Notes under the pieces: generated by a model
Databases searched by the model: none
Seen by the model: the letters and a program-made list of their open reading frames with translations, nothing else
What the model was told of the DNA's origin: nothing
From: Planctomycetia bacterium
GTDB taxonomy: Bacteria > Planctomycetota > UBA8108 > UBA1146
Direction: 5' to 3'
Length of the DNA stretch: 64,000 nucleotides
Assembly: GCA_012269595.1 (NCBI GenBank)
Contig: JAAXJX010000023.1
Span: 996-64,995, forward strand
Position numbers and translations under genes: made by a program
In this document: positions 29,519 to 38,663 of the stretch, piece after piece
Numbering within the stretch: the stretch's first letter is position 1
Layout of the letters: each line of letters starts with the position of its first letter

Positions 29519-30493
29519 TTGGATTTCAAAGTCACACGTTGGCAGGGGGCCAGATTGCCACGGGATACTTCACCCGTCCACGGGAACATCTTTCTTGCTC
29601 CCGGTATCGATTCCCAACTGGCTCATCAACTGCTGGACACCCCTGCCCGGCGCGTCATCGCTGAGGGCCGACGGGGACGGTTGGAAGAGGTCTGCCACGA
29701 TGGAACCTCCTATGCCCGCAAGGTCTACCGGGTCACCAAAAAGTCGATTCACGGCACTGCTGTGAGCTGGATGCCGGCCTTCATGCGCTGGGGTCGGGTT
29801 CGCAGATCGTGGAAGGCGATGCTCGAGGGAAAAAAGAGAGCAATGCCTTTGCCGAGAGTCCTGTGCCGCAGCGAGAATCGGCGCCAGGCAAGGCTGGTCA
29901 CCACCTGGATTCCCGGTGAACCCCTCCACCATTGGCATGCCCGTCAACTGCAACAATCCGATGACGACAGTTGGCAGCGGTCCTTTGCCGAGTGGATCGG
30001 TCCCCAGTTGTATCAGTTATTCGATGCCGGCATGACCACCCGGGATCTCTCTCCCAACAATGTGCTCATCACGGGTCCGACCGCTGGTCCCTGGCAGTTT
30101 CATCTGGTCGATCTCGACGAAGCCCGGCTCCAGCGCTTTACCGACGGGGAATCCTTCATCGATCAGGTAATCTATTCCCTTTCCCAGGTTGGACATTTGC
30201 CATCAACGATTTCACCCAAGGTAAAGTTGCGGGCTCTCATCGCATTTCTTGAAGCTGGCGGTCAGCGTTGGGCTGATGGACAAGCCGAATTCTCTCCGCG
30301 CTCCACTTCCTTCATCGATCGCAGGGCCGCTCGCAAAAAGTTTATGCGACAGGTGATCGATGGGGTTCTGCGATTCGATCGGCGGAAAGAGAAACACTTG
30401 AAGAAGGCGGGGCGAACCGGCCGCTACGCCGGTTGGGGTCTCGACGATGACGGTCTTCCGGTTCCCTTTGACGGAGCCCGAGACGAAACCTGA
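29519..30493 (+). CDS. Lipopolysaccharide kinase (Kdo/WaaP/InaA) family protein. The start is tentative (TTG at 29519); the upstream part of the tracked ORF overlaps the B3/4 gene.
   Basis: RDLSPNNVLI ... HLVDLDEARL correspond to the catalytic-loop and DFD-like motifs of Kdo-kinase/RIO-like kinases. Confidence 0.5.
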   Translation: MDFKVTRWQGARLPRDTSPVHGNIFLAPGIDSQLAHQLLDTPARRVIAEGRRGRLEEVCHDGTSYARKVYRVTKKSIHGTAVSWMPAFMRWGRVRRSWKAMLEGKKRAMPLPRVLCRSENRRQARLVTTWIPGEPLHHWHARQLQQSDDDSWQRSFAEWIGPQLYQLFDAGMTTRDLSPNNVLITGPTAGPWQFHLVDLDEARLQRFTDGESFIDQVIYSLSQVGHLPSTISPKVKLRALIAFLEAGGQRWADGQAEFSPRSTSFIDRRAARKKFMRQVIDGVLRFDRRKEKHLKKAGRTGRYAGWGLDDDGLPVPFDGARDET

Positions 30494-30494
30494 A

Positions 30495-32447
30495 TCAGCT
30501 CGTCTGATCCGCGGACCTGCTCGACACTCCGGAACGGGGATTCAGCAGATCAAGCTCCACCGTGACCCCATCTTTTCCCAACTTCCCAAACCGGAGAACA
30601 TCCGTGGGGCAATCGTGGACGCAGGCACCACAACGAACACATTGTGGGTCGGCCATGGGGAGCCCCTGACGAGCAAAGGTCATGACGTCGATGCCTTGAT
30701 GACATTGGGTGGTGCAAACGTTGCAGGAGATACAGCGGGATTTGTCGGCGAAGATCCGAAAGCGGGAAAATCGGGCATAGATATTCATGAGGGCGGCAAG
30801 CGGACAAACAAAGCGGCACCAGGTTCTGCCCGAAAAATGCCAATAAAGACCGACTCCCAGAATCCCCGAGAGAAACAGATCCACAAACCACTCGTAGTTG
30901 ATCAACGGAATGCCCTTTTGAATTCCAAGGGCCAAAGCCTGTCCCCACTGACCGAAGGCAGATTCCGGAAGAGTCCATGACATGACCCTTCCCACCAACA
31001 TCAACAGGCACAACAGGAGCATGACCTGACCGATCAGATTCCAACTCTTCGGCCGATCCCCCCTCGGCATCTTGTGCCGATGATCATCGCCGAGTGTTTC
31101 TGCCAGAGCACCACAGGAACAGATCCAGCCGCAGTAAACCCCCTTGCCCCACCGATGAATCGCCCAAGGCAACAGGACAAAGGTCTGAATCACTGAAATC
31201 ACACACCAGACGATCAGAGGCTGGTCAGTAAAGATGTTCCAGAAGAAGAGAGGCCAGGCGAGGATCAATCCGAACGCACGCCAATACTCGCGACTTTCCC
31301 CCGAGAACGGAAAGAGTGCGTCCGCCACGGATTGCCCCACTCCTGCATCGAAGATCCCCTGCGTGCCCATCCACGGCAGGATCCAATAGGGCAACAGAAA
31401 CAGGGGGATCGCCTGAATCCAGAAGAGACACCAGGTCTGCCTGCGAATGTAGGGGGACGGCCTCTTGCGCATTCGGCGCAAACCGAAGATCAAAACCAGA
31501 AGCGTATAAAGAAGACTGTACCAGAATCCGGGTTGGTCCATCGCCGGCGTCAAAGACCCCAGAACACTGCTTCCCTGCGGAAACAACTCACTCCACCAAC
31601 GGTCCAGACCTGCGGGGAAGCCACCGATGGATCGCCACTTCTCAGCAATGGGAATCGCCACTCCCGTGCGTTTCCAATGGTAGAGCAAAAAGAAGAAGAC
31701 CATGCAGCCCACCAGGGAAGCCCACCAGAACGCCCCGCGGTCGCCGTGCATCTTCAATCCGCAGCGCCGCAATAATTCGACGGGAGGTTTGCGTCCTATC
31801 AGGGTGAAGACGGAAGTGGCAGGAAGGGTAATTTGTTTCCTGTCCGCCCCCTGCAACTCAACTTCTGAATCTTCAATCCTCTGGACAGTGGTCTCCGCCA
31901 AGACGGTGAGAGATCCCTCCGTTACTGCATTCGCCACCCTCTGTTGCTGTGTCGACGAGGCACTCTTGAGAGTGGGTGACCGATGGGAGAGATGAACTCT
32001 CGCTCCCCCTTCTGCCAGGGCGACTGCCGCTTCACAGGCACTGTCCCCACCACCGACGACGAGAACATCCCGATCCCGGTAAGCCCCCGGGTCATGGCAG
32101 ACGTGACTGACATGGTCATGGTCCTCGCCTGGAACTTCCAAACGGCGGTGTTCACCGTTGCGCCCGAGTGCAAGAACAACGCGGTATGCGCGAATCGATT
32201 CCCCATGACTCCAATTCAGTTGAAGGCTATCGCCCTTCCGCTGAATCGAATCGAGAATCGCCTGCTGCGGTTTCAAATCCCGATCCAGTGCCTGCTCCTG
32301 AAGAGATTCCAGCAGCCCTTCACGACTGAGTCCCGCCTCAGAAGGAAGTTCGAGGGGTGGATTGGGGAGAATGCCCCGGAGGGTCGGTGAAGATCGGCTT
32401 TCCGATGGGATAGTTCTCCACCGTCTCCAACATGCGGGCGGCTTCAA
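30495..32447 (-). CDS. C-terminal 80% of a fused pyridine-nucleotide oxidoreductase / NapH-MauN-like membrane polyferredoxin. This is frame B; see the fragment at 32338-32757 for the N-terminal FAD motif in frame A.
   Basis: NAD-binding VLVVGGGDSACEAAVALA; multi-TM region with CxxC-P motifs; two C-terminal 4Fe-4S motifs CISCNVCTTQC / CVRCGACVHDCP. Confidence 0.6.
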   Translation of the reverse strand: MKPPACWRRWRTIPSESRSSPTLRGILPNPPLELPSEAGLSREGLLESLQEQALDRDLKPQQAILDSIQRKGDSLQLNWSHGESIRAYRVVLALGRNGEHRRLEVPGEDHDHVSHVCHDPGAYRDRDVLVVGGGDSACEAAVALAEGGARVHLSHRSPTLKSASSTQQQRVANAVTEGSLTVLAETTVQRIEDSEVELQGADRKQITLPATSVFTLIGRKPPVELLRRCGLKMHGDRGAFWWASLVGCMVFFFLLYHWKRTGVAIPIAEKWRSIGGFPAGLDRWWSELFPQGSSVLGSLTPAMDQPGFWYSLLYTLLVLIFGLRRMRKRPSPYIRRQTWCLFWIQAIPLFLLPYWILPWMGTQGIFDAGVGQSVADALFPFSGESREYWRAFGLILAWPLFFWNIFTDQPLIVWCVISVIQTFVLLPWAIHRWGKGVYCGWICSCGALAETLGDDHRHKMPRGDRPKSWNLIGQVMLLLCLLMLVGRVMSWTLPESAFGQWGQALALGIQKGIPLINYEWFVDLFLSGILGVGLYWHFSGRTWCRFVCPLAALMNIYARFSRFRIFADKSRCISCNVCTTQCHQGIDVMTFARQGLPMADPQCVRCGACVHDCPTDVLRFGKLGKDGVTVELDLLNPRSGVSSRSADQTS

Positions 32448-32757
32448 ACCACTGAAAATCGATGCCGAGACGACGCGCTTCCACCGCCGCTGAAAGACCG
32501 GAGACCCCTCCGCCGACGATCACCAGTGGAACGATTCCCTCCGGACTCTTTTCACACTCCGGAAGGAGGCGACGGGCCACGCGGGCCCCAGAATCGACGG
32601 CATGTTTGAGCAGAGGGATTCCCGTCAGCTCACCCACCACGAAGAGACCGGGAACCTCGGTCGAGAAATCAGCCTCCACCCGGGGCAGCGGTTCTTCCGT
32701 TCCCCCCGGCCATTGCAAGTGAAGCCAGTCGACGTATCGATTCAGCAGCGACAGCAA
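32338..32757 (-). CDS. N-terminal fragment of the same oxidoreductase (FAD-binding GxGxxG VIVGGGVSGLSAA), out of frame with the downstream 650-aa ORF; probable frameshift (pseudogene or sequencing error)
   Basis: 110-bp overlap of two ORFs in different frames on the same strand. The Rossmann FAD motif is present only in this fragment; the NAD motif and the rest are in the other frame. Confidence 0.5.
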   Translation of the reverse strand: MLSLLNRYVDWLHLQWPGGTEEPLPRVEADFSTEVPGLFVVGELTGIPLLKHAVDSGARVARRLLPECEKSPEGIVPLVIVGGGVSGLSAAVEARRLGIDFQWFEAARMLETVENYPIGKPIFTDPPGHSPQSTPRTSF

Positions 32758-32763
32758 CGTGGA

Positions 32764-34293
32764 TCAGACTCCATGGATGGATTGGACTTTACGATCAAGG
32801 TGATCGACAAAGATGGCAGGATCGAGTCCCTTCCCCACCGCTCTCTCGAGCAGATCGAGGGGCATGAATTGCCGTCCCGGCTTGTGAATCCGCTCCCGCA
32901 GCCAATCGAGGATTTCCCCGAAACGCCCGGCGGCCACTTCCTGATCGATGTCGATCTCTTCAGAAATCGCCTGATGGAATTGGGCAGAGTAGAGCGATCC
33001 CAAAAGGTAGGTGGGGAAATATCCAAAGGCACCGAAGCTCCAGTGGATATCCTGCAGCACACCGTCCTTGAAGTTGGGCGGAGTCAGTCCGAGGTACGAC
33101 TCCATCTTTTCATTCCATGCAGAGGGCAGATCGGCTACTTGCAAATCTCCGCTGAAGAGCGCCTGCTCCACCTCAAAACGGAGTGCGATATGCAGACCAT
33201 AGGTGACCTCATCCGCATCCACACGAATCAGTGAAGGCTTCACGGGGTTCACCGCAAGAGCCATGTCATTGGCACTCACATCTTCGAGAATCCGTGGGAA
33301 GTACTTCTTCATCAGCGGCAGGAAGTGAACCCAGAATGCTTCTGTTCTGCCGATGTCATTCTCCCAGAACCGTGATTGGGATTCGTGGATTCCCAGTGAA
33401 ATCGCATCGCAGAGGGGCGTGTGCACCCACTTTTCTTCAAAGCCCTGCTCATACATGGCGTGGCCGGCCTCGTGAATCACTCCATACAGGTTACTCGTGA
33501 AGTTGTCTTCGTAGACCCGGGTCGTGATCCGTACATCAAAGGGTGCCACCGGGGAGGTACAGAAGGGATGGGAGGTCAGATCGAGCCCTCCCTTGTCGAG
33601 GTCATATCCCAATTGGGTGGCGACCTCTTTGGAGAACTCAAGCTGTTTGGTCTTTTCCCAGGGGCCGCGGAAAAACTCCGGCTCCGGCAGGGCACGGGCA
33701 ACGACCCGATCGATGATCCCCTTGAGTCCGGGAACGACCTGACGACAAATCTCACTGAAGTTTGCACTGGTCATGCCACGCTCATACTTGTTCATCAGTA
33801 CGTCGTAGAGACAGTCTTCATCATCGCGCAGGTATTCTGCTTCTGCCTTCTGAAGTTCGATCTGTCGCGACAGCATCGGTTCGAAGGCAGAGAAATCATC
33901 CTGCTCCCGAGCCGATTGCCAGGCCATGATGGACTTTGAATTCACTTCTGCAGATTCAGTCGCATGCTCCACAGGAATTCGCAGAGATCGTTCGTAATCA
34001 TGACGAACTTCACGCACCAGCGCCTGAAGAGTCTCGTCCCCGGAAGCAAAGGCCGCTTCCTCTGCTCGCTCGATACTTTCACCGAGTGCGGGCTGCTGCG
34101 ATCGTTCATGGGCAATCCCTGCCAACTCGCCGAGAGCTTCAGCCCGGACTCCGCCACCGCTGGAAGGCATATGAGTCTCCTGATCCCAGGAGAGCACCGT
34201 CGAGGCGTGGCTGATGAGAGCAATCTTTCTCAGGTGCTCACGCAGTTCAGTGATGGCTTCGTGTTCGGTTTCGGTCACGTTTTCGGTGGTCAT
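32764..34293 (-). CDS. Carboxypeptidase Taq (M32 family metallocarboxypeptidase)
   Basis: HEAGHAMYEQG HExxH, HESQSRFWEN, DIHWSFGAFGYFPTYLLGS - M32 signature blocks. Confidence 0.85.
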   Translation of the reverse strand: MTTENVTETEHEAITELREHLRKIALISHASTVLSWDQETHMPSSGGGVRAEALGELAGIAHERSQQPALGESIERAEEAAFASGDETLQALVREVRHDYERSLRIPVEHATESAEVNSKSIMAWQSAREQDDFSAFEPMLSRQIELQKAEAEYLRDDEDCLYDVLMNKYERGMTSANFSEICRQVVPGLKGIIDRVVARALPEPEFFRGPWEKTKQLEFSKEVATQLGYDLDKGGLDLTSHPFCTSPVAPFDVRITTRVYEDNFTSNLYGVIHEAGHAMYEQGFEEKWVHTPLCDAISLGIHESQSRFWENDIGRTEAFWVHFLPLMKKYFPRILEDVSANDMALAVNPVKPSLIRVDADEVTYGLHIALRFEVEQALFSGDLQVADLPSAWNEKMESYLGLTPPNFKDGVLQDIHWSFGAFGYFPTYLLGSLYSAQFHQAISEEIDIDQEVAAGRFGEILDWLRERIHKPGRQFMPLDLLERAVGKGLDPAIFVDHLDRKVQSIHGV

Positions 34294-34928
34294 GCCAACT
34301 CCATGTCTTGCTCCCGTTGGGAATCGGAAGTTCCGCTGCGGCCACCCAATTCCTCATAGGATCCGAGTGACAATTGTTCCGTAAAGTGTACCGAACAAAC
34401 GGGCTGGAAGGTTTCATCCCCTCCGACCTGCTGACTCGGTCCATCCAGATAAGCCACGCCACCGATGGATTTGAGATTGAAGATGGCTTTGCTGTTGCAC
34501 TGGTGGCAGGTCGTTTTGACTTCTTCGATGGAATCCGCCAATTCCAGAAGGCGACGACTCCCCGGAAACAGTCGGGTTCGGAAATCGCTGCGCAAACCGT
34601 AGCAGATCACCGGCACCCTTTTCTGGTCGACCACATCCCTGAGTTGATCGATGTGCTGGGGATGGAAAAACTGGACTTCATCGACGAGGACACAGTGAAC
34701 CCCATCGAAATCGTCAATTTCAATTCGATCGCCATCACCGATGACCATGTGGGCTTCACGGGTCAATCCCGCTCTGGAGGCGACGTCCTTTTCACCGTAT
34801 CGATCATCAAAACCGGGCTTGATGACGACGATGCGTTTTCCCTGACGTTCATAGTTGTGGGCGACGGCAAGGAGATTGAGGGTCTTGGCGCTGCCGACCG
34901 TCCCATGCCTGAAATAGAGTTTTGCCAA
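34290..34928 (-). CDS. tdk: Thymidine kinase
   Basis: P-loop HGTVGSAKT, VDEVQFF, C-terminal zinc ribbon CHQC...C..H. Confidence 0.85.
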   Translation of the reverse strand: MAKLYFRHGTVGSAKTLNLLAVAHNYERQGKRIVVIKPGFDDRYGEKDVASRAGLTREAHMVIGDGDRIEIDDFDGVHCVLVDEVQFFHPQHIDQLRDVVDQKRVPVICYGLRSDFRTRLFPGSRRLLELADSIEEVKTTCHQCNSKAIFNLKSIGGVAYLDGPSQQVGGDETFQPVCSVHFTEQLSLGSYEELGGRSGTSDSQREQDMELA

Positions 34929-34993
34929 AATGCCTCCATCCGGGATTTCCCTGACTCGCAGGGTAAACCCGGATGGAGGGTCATTCCATGCCC

Positions 34994-36094
34994 CTAGCCT
35001 TCTTCTGCAGGAATCGGCACCGGCACGGGAGTAGGAGCAGGGGTGGGTACAGGGATGGGAGCCGGAACTGCGGGCTCGACCGCCTTGAGTTCCTCGAGAC
35101 CCTTGATCAGGCCATCGCGAACCCAGTCACTGCAGACCACAATCCGCTCATCCCCCCGAAGCCTGGCGGAGACACCCTCTCCTCCCAGAGGAAGGGGCTG
35201 AACCGCACCAAAATCGAGAATGATGCGCGAGTCATCGACCAGGACGACTTCGATGGAGGCGGACGGCTCCTCCAGACCTGCTGCTGCCGGATCGGCGGGA
35301 TCCAACGGCGCTTCGCAACGGACATTTTTCAGCGAAGAGAGCAGGCCCCGAACCGTATTGGTATCCGCTTGGACATTTTCCGGTTCACGGATCCACCACT
35401 CAGGGTCGGTCCCCGCCTTGACCAATTCTCCCGACTCTCCCGTCGCTGTCTCAGCAGGAGCTCCCGGCACCCACTCAAGAACGATGCGTTCGTCGCCCCT
35501 GGTCAGAATCACTTCGCGGGCTTCCGCATCCCCGGACAGTTGAAAGAGTACTTTGTGGAACCATTGTTGTGCTGAAAAGGTGTCTCCCCCCAGGGCAGGT
35601 CTGCGCTTGAGATTCGGCAAAATGCTGAAAACCCGATCCTGGTCCGCCATGCGAATAAAGCTGCGACCTGTTCCGTCCGCCTTGCCGACGACCACATCGA
35701 TAAAGGGAGCCATATCCATATCCTTGAGGGTGATACGAATTCCCTGCTCGGAATCGACTTCAAAGGTCTTGTGACTGGCAGTGCTTTCCCCGCGTTTCTC
35801 GGCTCCGGAGACCGCCTTGAGGTCATCGAGAAAACGAATCACCTCATCCCGATCAGCAGCGGAATCCCACAGATTGGGCAGGAACCACTCGCGTCCCTTG
35901 CGTCGGATCTGATAGGACTCCCCCCCCTTCTGAAACTCGATGGCATCAATCATCTCGGGATTGATTCCGGCAAAGCGGGTCAACTCCACCGGAGTTTCCT
36001 CGATTGCAGTGTAATCCTCCTGCTGATTGACGAAGAGCAATCCTCCGGCTCCGAGGATCAACAGAACCATGATCGTGAGACTGTTGCCTTTCAA
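34994..36094 (-). CDS. DUF4340-like periplasmic protein, accessory to the GldG-type ABC system
   Basis: N-terminal TM, size and position immediately downstream of the GldG-like gene (4-bp overlap); Pro-rich C-terminal tail. Confidence 0.5.
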   Translation of the reverse strand: MKGNSLTIMVLLILGAGGLLFVNQQEDYTAIEETPVELTRFAGINPEMIDAIEFQKGGESYQIRRKGREWFLPNLWDSAADRDEVIRFLDDLKAVSGAEKRGESTASHKTFEVDSEQGIRITLKDMDMAPFIDVVVGKADGTGRSFIRMADQDRVFSILPNLKRRPALGGDTFSAQQWFHKVLFQLSGDAEAREVILTRGDERIVLEWVPGAPAETATGESGELVKAGTDPEWWIREPENVQADTNTVRGLLSSLKNVRCEAPLDPADPAAAGLEEPSASIEVVLVDDSRIILDFGAVQPLPLGGEGVSARLRGDERIVVCSDWVRDGLIKGLEELKAVEPAVPAPIPVPTPAPTPVPVPIPAEEG

Positions 36095-37962
36095 CTGGCC
36101 TCCTTCTTCTCGCCTGCATCGGCGGGAACCTTGAGCATGTGCAACGCTTCATGATGACGTGCACCGGAACGACGACTTGCAGAGATCAACCCGTAGATCA
36201 CCAACAGAAGCAGTGGGACTCCGGCCATGTTGCCGTAGGTCACCAGAGTTCGTTCATCCCGGGTCGTCTCCCGAAGGGCGCTCGCCAATTGAACCTTGCC
36301 ACGGATCTTGGCCAGGTCCGGGTCGAGGGCGAGTGCTTCGATGGATCCCATGAGGAAACCCACATTCTGGCGGTACATATTCAGGGAGGTGTACTTGGCC
36401 ATGTCTGCTGAAGCGATCAGCAGAATCCGGGATTCGACCGACTCCGATGCTTCCACCAGAGGCGCTCCCTCTTCACCCCCTGTGACCTCGAGGGTCGGAT
36501 CCCACGAAGGAATCTTCGAGCCGACTTCAAAGGTGGAAGGGAACTCACCCTCTGCAACCAACGCCAGTACCCGGCTTTTTTGCATCCCCGGATCTTTTGG
36601 CGGGGTCACCATCGGTGCCGTGACCGCCGGCCCAAAGGGAGTCAACCACGCATCGCTGTCCGACTTGGCCAGAGGTGTAATCTTGACTCCCGCCGCATCT
36701 GCCACCGCTTCATTGATGATCAACGGACTGGCGAAGGGGAACACCAACGCTTGCAATCCACGAGTAAAGGGAGAGGTGCCATCCAGATTGTTTCCGGCAG
36801 CTCCCGGGCTGACCGGGAATGGCTGGGGAACTCTCATGCGCATTCCCAGGGGACCTTCGGTCACCGTTTCAATGCTTCCGCACTGGCGTTGACTGGAAAC
36901 GATCATGTTCGGCTGGATGTCGATGCCCCATTTTCCAAAGCTCTCGGAGAAGCCGGGATTCAAAGGCGTCAGTTGGAAGCCGCGATCCATGCTGCCCGAA
37001 GTGGTCGAGGCGAGAATCATCGCCGGTCTGCCGGAACGAATCGAGTTCTCGATCTCGTAACGCTGACGCGGAGTCGTCCCGTCCGGTTCGGCGATGATCA
37101 ACAACTGGGCTTCTTCGGGAATCATGGACTCTTCCGTGAGCATGATCTTGCGCACTTCAAAGCGGTCTCCCAATGCATCCAGCAAGGGATCAAATCGACT
37201 CATCGGAGCGGGCAGGGGTGATCCATCCGGCCCCTGGGTGATCATGTCATCCGGGCGCCCTTGATAGAAAGCCAATACCGGTTTGCTCTCGAGGGTGAGC
37301 TTCGCGATGCGGCTGACCAGCTCGTACTCAAGCCCCTCAAGGGTGGTGTGGACCGGAATCCCTTCCGATTCGCGATCGAGATACTTGAGGACGATGGCAC
37401 TGAAGAAGGGCACCACTTCGATGCCGTCTTCCTTGATGGAACGTCCCTGAAGCTCAGGGATTCCCTGCTGGGCCAACTCTGCTTTCTTGGTGTCCGCCGG
37501 TGAAGTGGGGCCACCCATGAGGGCCGCCATCGGATCCGGCTCTTCTTCTTCCCCTTCTCCCGCCTGCTCCTTGACGTACTGCTCAATCACACGGGCTGGG
37601 TCGATCACCTTCACTTCGATGCGCCCACCGGCATCGGCAGCAGCACGCTGGAATTCATCGAGATAATCCACGGTATCGCGACGCAGGTTCTGCAGTCCCG
37701 ATGGCAGTTTTTCACTGACCCAATACTCAAGGATCACCGGCTCCTGAAGCCTGGACAGAATGTTGCCGGTCTCCGGGCTGATGGTGTGGGTGCCGGCGGC
37801 GGTCAGATCAAGACGGCGATCAAACTCCCGCGAGACACCATTGACGAGAACCAGCAAAACGACGAGCACGATGATGGAGATGATCCAGCGCACCAGAAAT
37901 TGTCTTTTTCTTTCAACCATGTGTCCCCCTACTGCTTTCTCAACTCGACCTGAAACACGCAC
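36091..37962 (-). CDS. GldG-like ABC transporter auxiliary component (ABC_transp_aux family)
   Basis: 623 aa with N- and C-terminal TM helices and a large periplasmic domain; follows an ABC-2 permease with overlap. Confidence 0.7.
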   Translation of the reverse strand: MRVSGRVEKAVGGHMVERKRQFLVRWIISIIVLVVLLVLVNGVSREFDRRLDLTAAGTHTISPETGNILSRLQEPVILEYWVSEKLPSGLQNLRRDTVDYLDEFQRAAADAGGRIEVKVIDPARVIEQYVKEQAGEGEEEEPDPMAALMGGPTSPADTKKAELAQQGIPELQGRSIKEDGIEVVPFFSAIVLKYLDRESEGIPVHTTLEGLEYELVSRIAKLTLESKPVLAFYQGRPDDMITQGPDGSPLPAPMSRFDPLLDALGDRFEVRKIMLTEESMIPEEAQLLIIAEPDGTTPRQRYEIENSIRSGRPAMILASTTSGSMDRGFQLTPLNPGFSESFGKWGIDIQPNMIVSSQRQCGSIETVTEGPLGMRMRVPQPFPVSPGAAGNNLDGTSPFTRGLQALVFPFASPLIINEAVADAAGVKITPLAKSDSDAWLTPFGPAVTAPMVTPPKDPGMQKSRVLALVAEGEFPSTFEVGSKIPSWDPTLEVTGGEEGAPLVEASESVESRILLIASADMAKYTSLNMYRQNVGFLMGSIEALALDPDLAKIRGKVQLASALRETTRDERTLVTYGNMAGVPLLLLVIYGLISASRRSGARHHEALHMLKVPADAGEKKEAS

Positions 37963-38663
37963 AGTGTCAGGAAGAGTGTGGTGCCAGAAAGAAAATAGAC
38001 GACGTCGCTCAGTGCGAGCACTCCCCGTTCGATGGCCTGGAAGTGAGATTGAACTCCCAGGGATTCAATCACCCTGGCCAGGACTGGCTGTGAAGAGGAG
38101 ACGTAGGACGCGAAATCAGGACTGAGGGCCAATACCAGCAGGATTCCAACGGTCACTCCCACCAAAAGGGAGACGACCTGATTGCTGGAAAGGGCAGAGA
38201 CCCAACAGCCGAGTGCAAGAAACATCATGCCTGCGAGAACAGTGCCGATGTATCCGCCGATGATTGGTCCCCAATCGACAGGGCTGGACGCAAGCCAACC
38301 CAGAGTCGCGGGAATACCGAGGCTTGCGGCGACACTGGCGAGCAGGACGACGACAGCAGCCAACCATTTTCCAATGACCAGATCACGGGACTCCACCGGC
38401 AATGACAGCAACACTTCCGTACTGCCGGTGCGAATCTCCTCGGACCAGAGACGCATCGTCACCGCCGGAGCGAACACCATCATCATGAAGGGGGTCAATC
38501 CGAACCAGACGCGCATGTCAGCGCTTTCGATGATGAAGAAGGGCGAGTACTGGAAAAAGAAGAAGGACATGATCGCCATTTGCAGGGCGATAAAGATCCA
38601 CGCGATGGGGGTGTGAAAGTAGGCTCCACATTCCCGTCGCATGACTACCAGGATCGAACTCAT
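37929..38663 (-). CDS. ABC-2 family transporter permease (GldF-like)
   Basis: 6 TM, 244 aa, overlaps the ATPase stop and the GldG start. Confidence 0.7.
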   Translation of the reverse strand: MSSILVVMRRECGAYFHTPIAWIFIALQMAIMSFFFFQYSPFFIIESADMRVWFGLTPFMMMVFAPAVTMRLWSEEIRTGSTEVLLSLPVESRDLVIGKWLAAVVVLLASVAASLGIPATLGWLASSPVDWGPIIGGYIGTVLAGMMFLALGCWVSALSSNQVVSLLVGVTVGILLVLALSPDFASYVSSSQPVLARVIESLGVQSHFQAIERGVLALSDVVYFLSGTTLFLTLCVFQVELRKQ

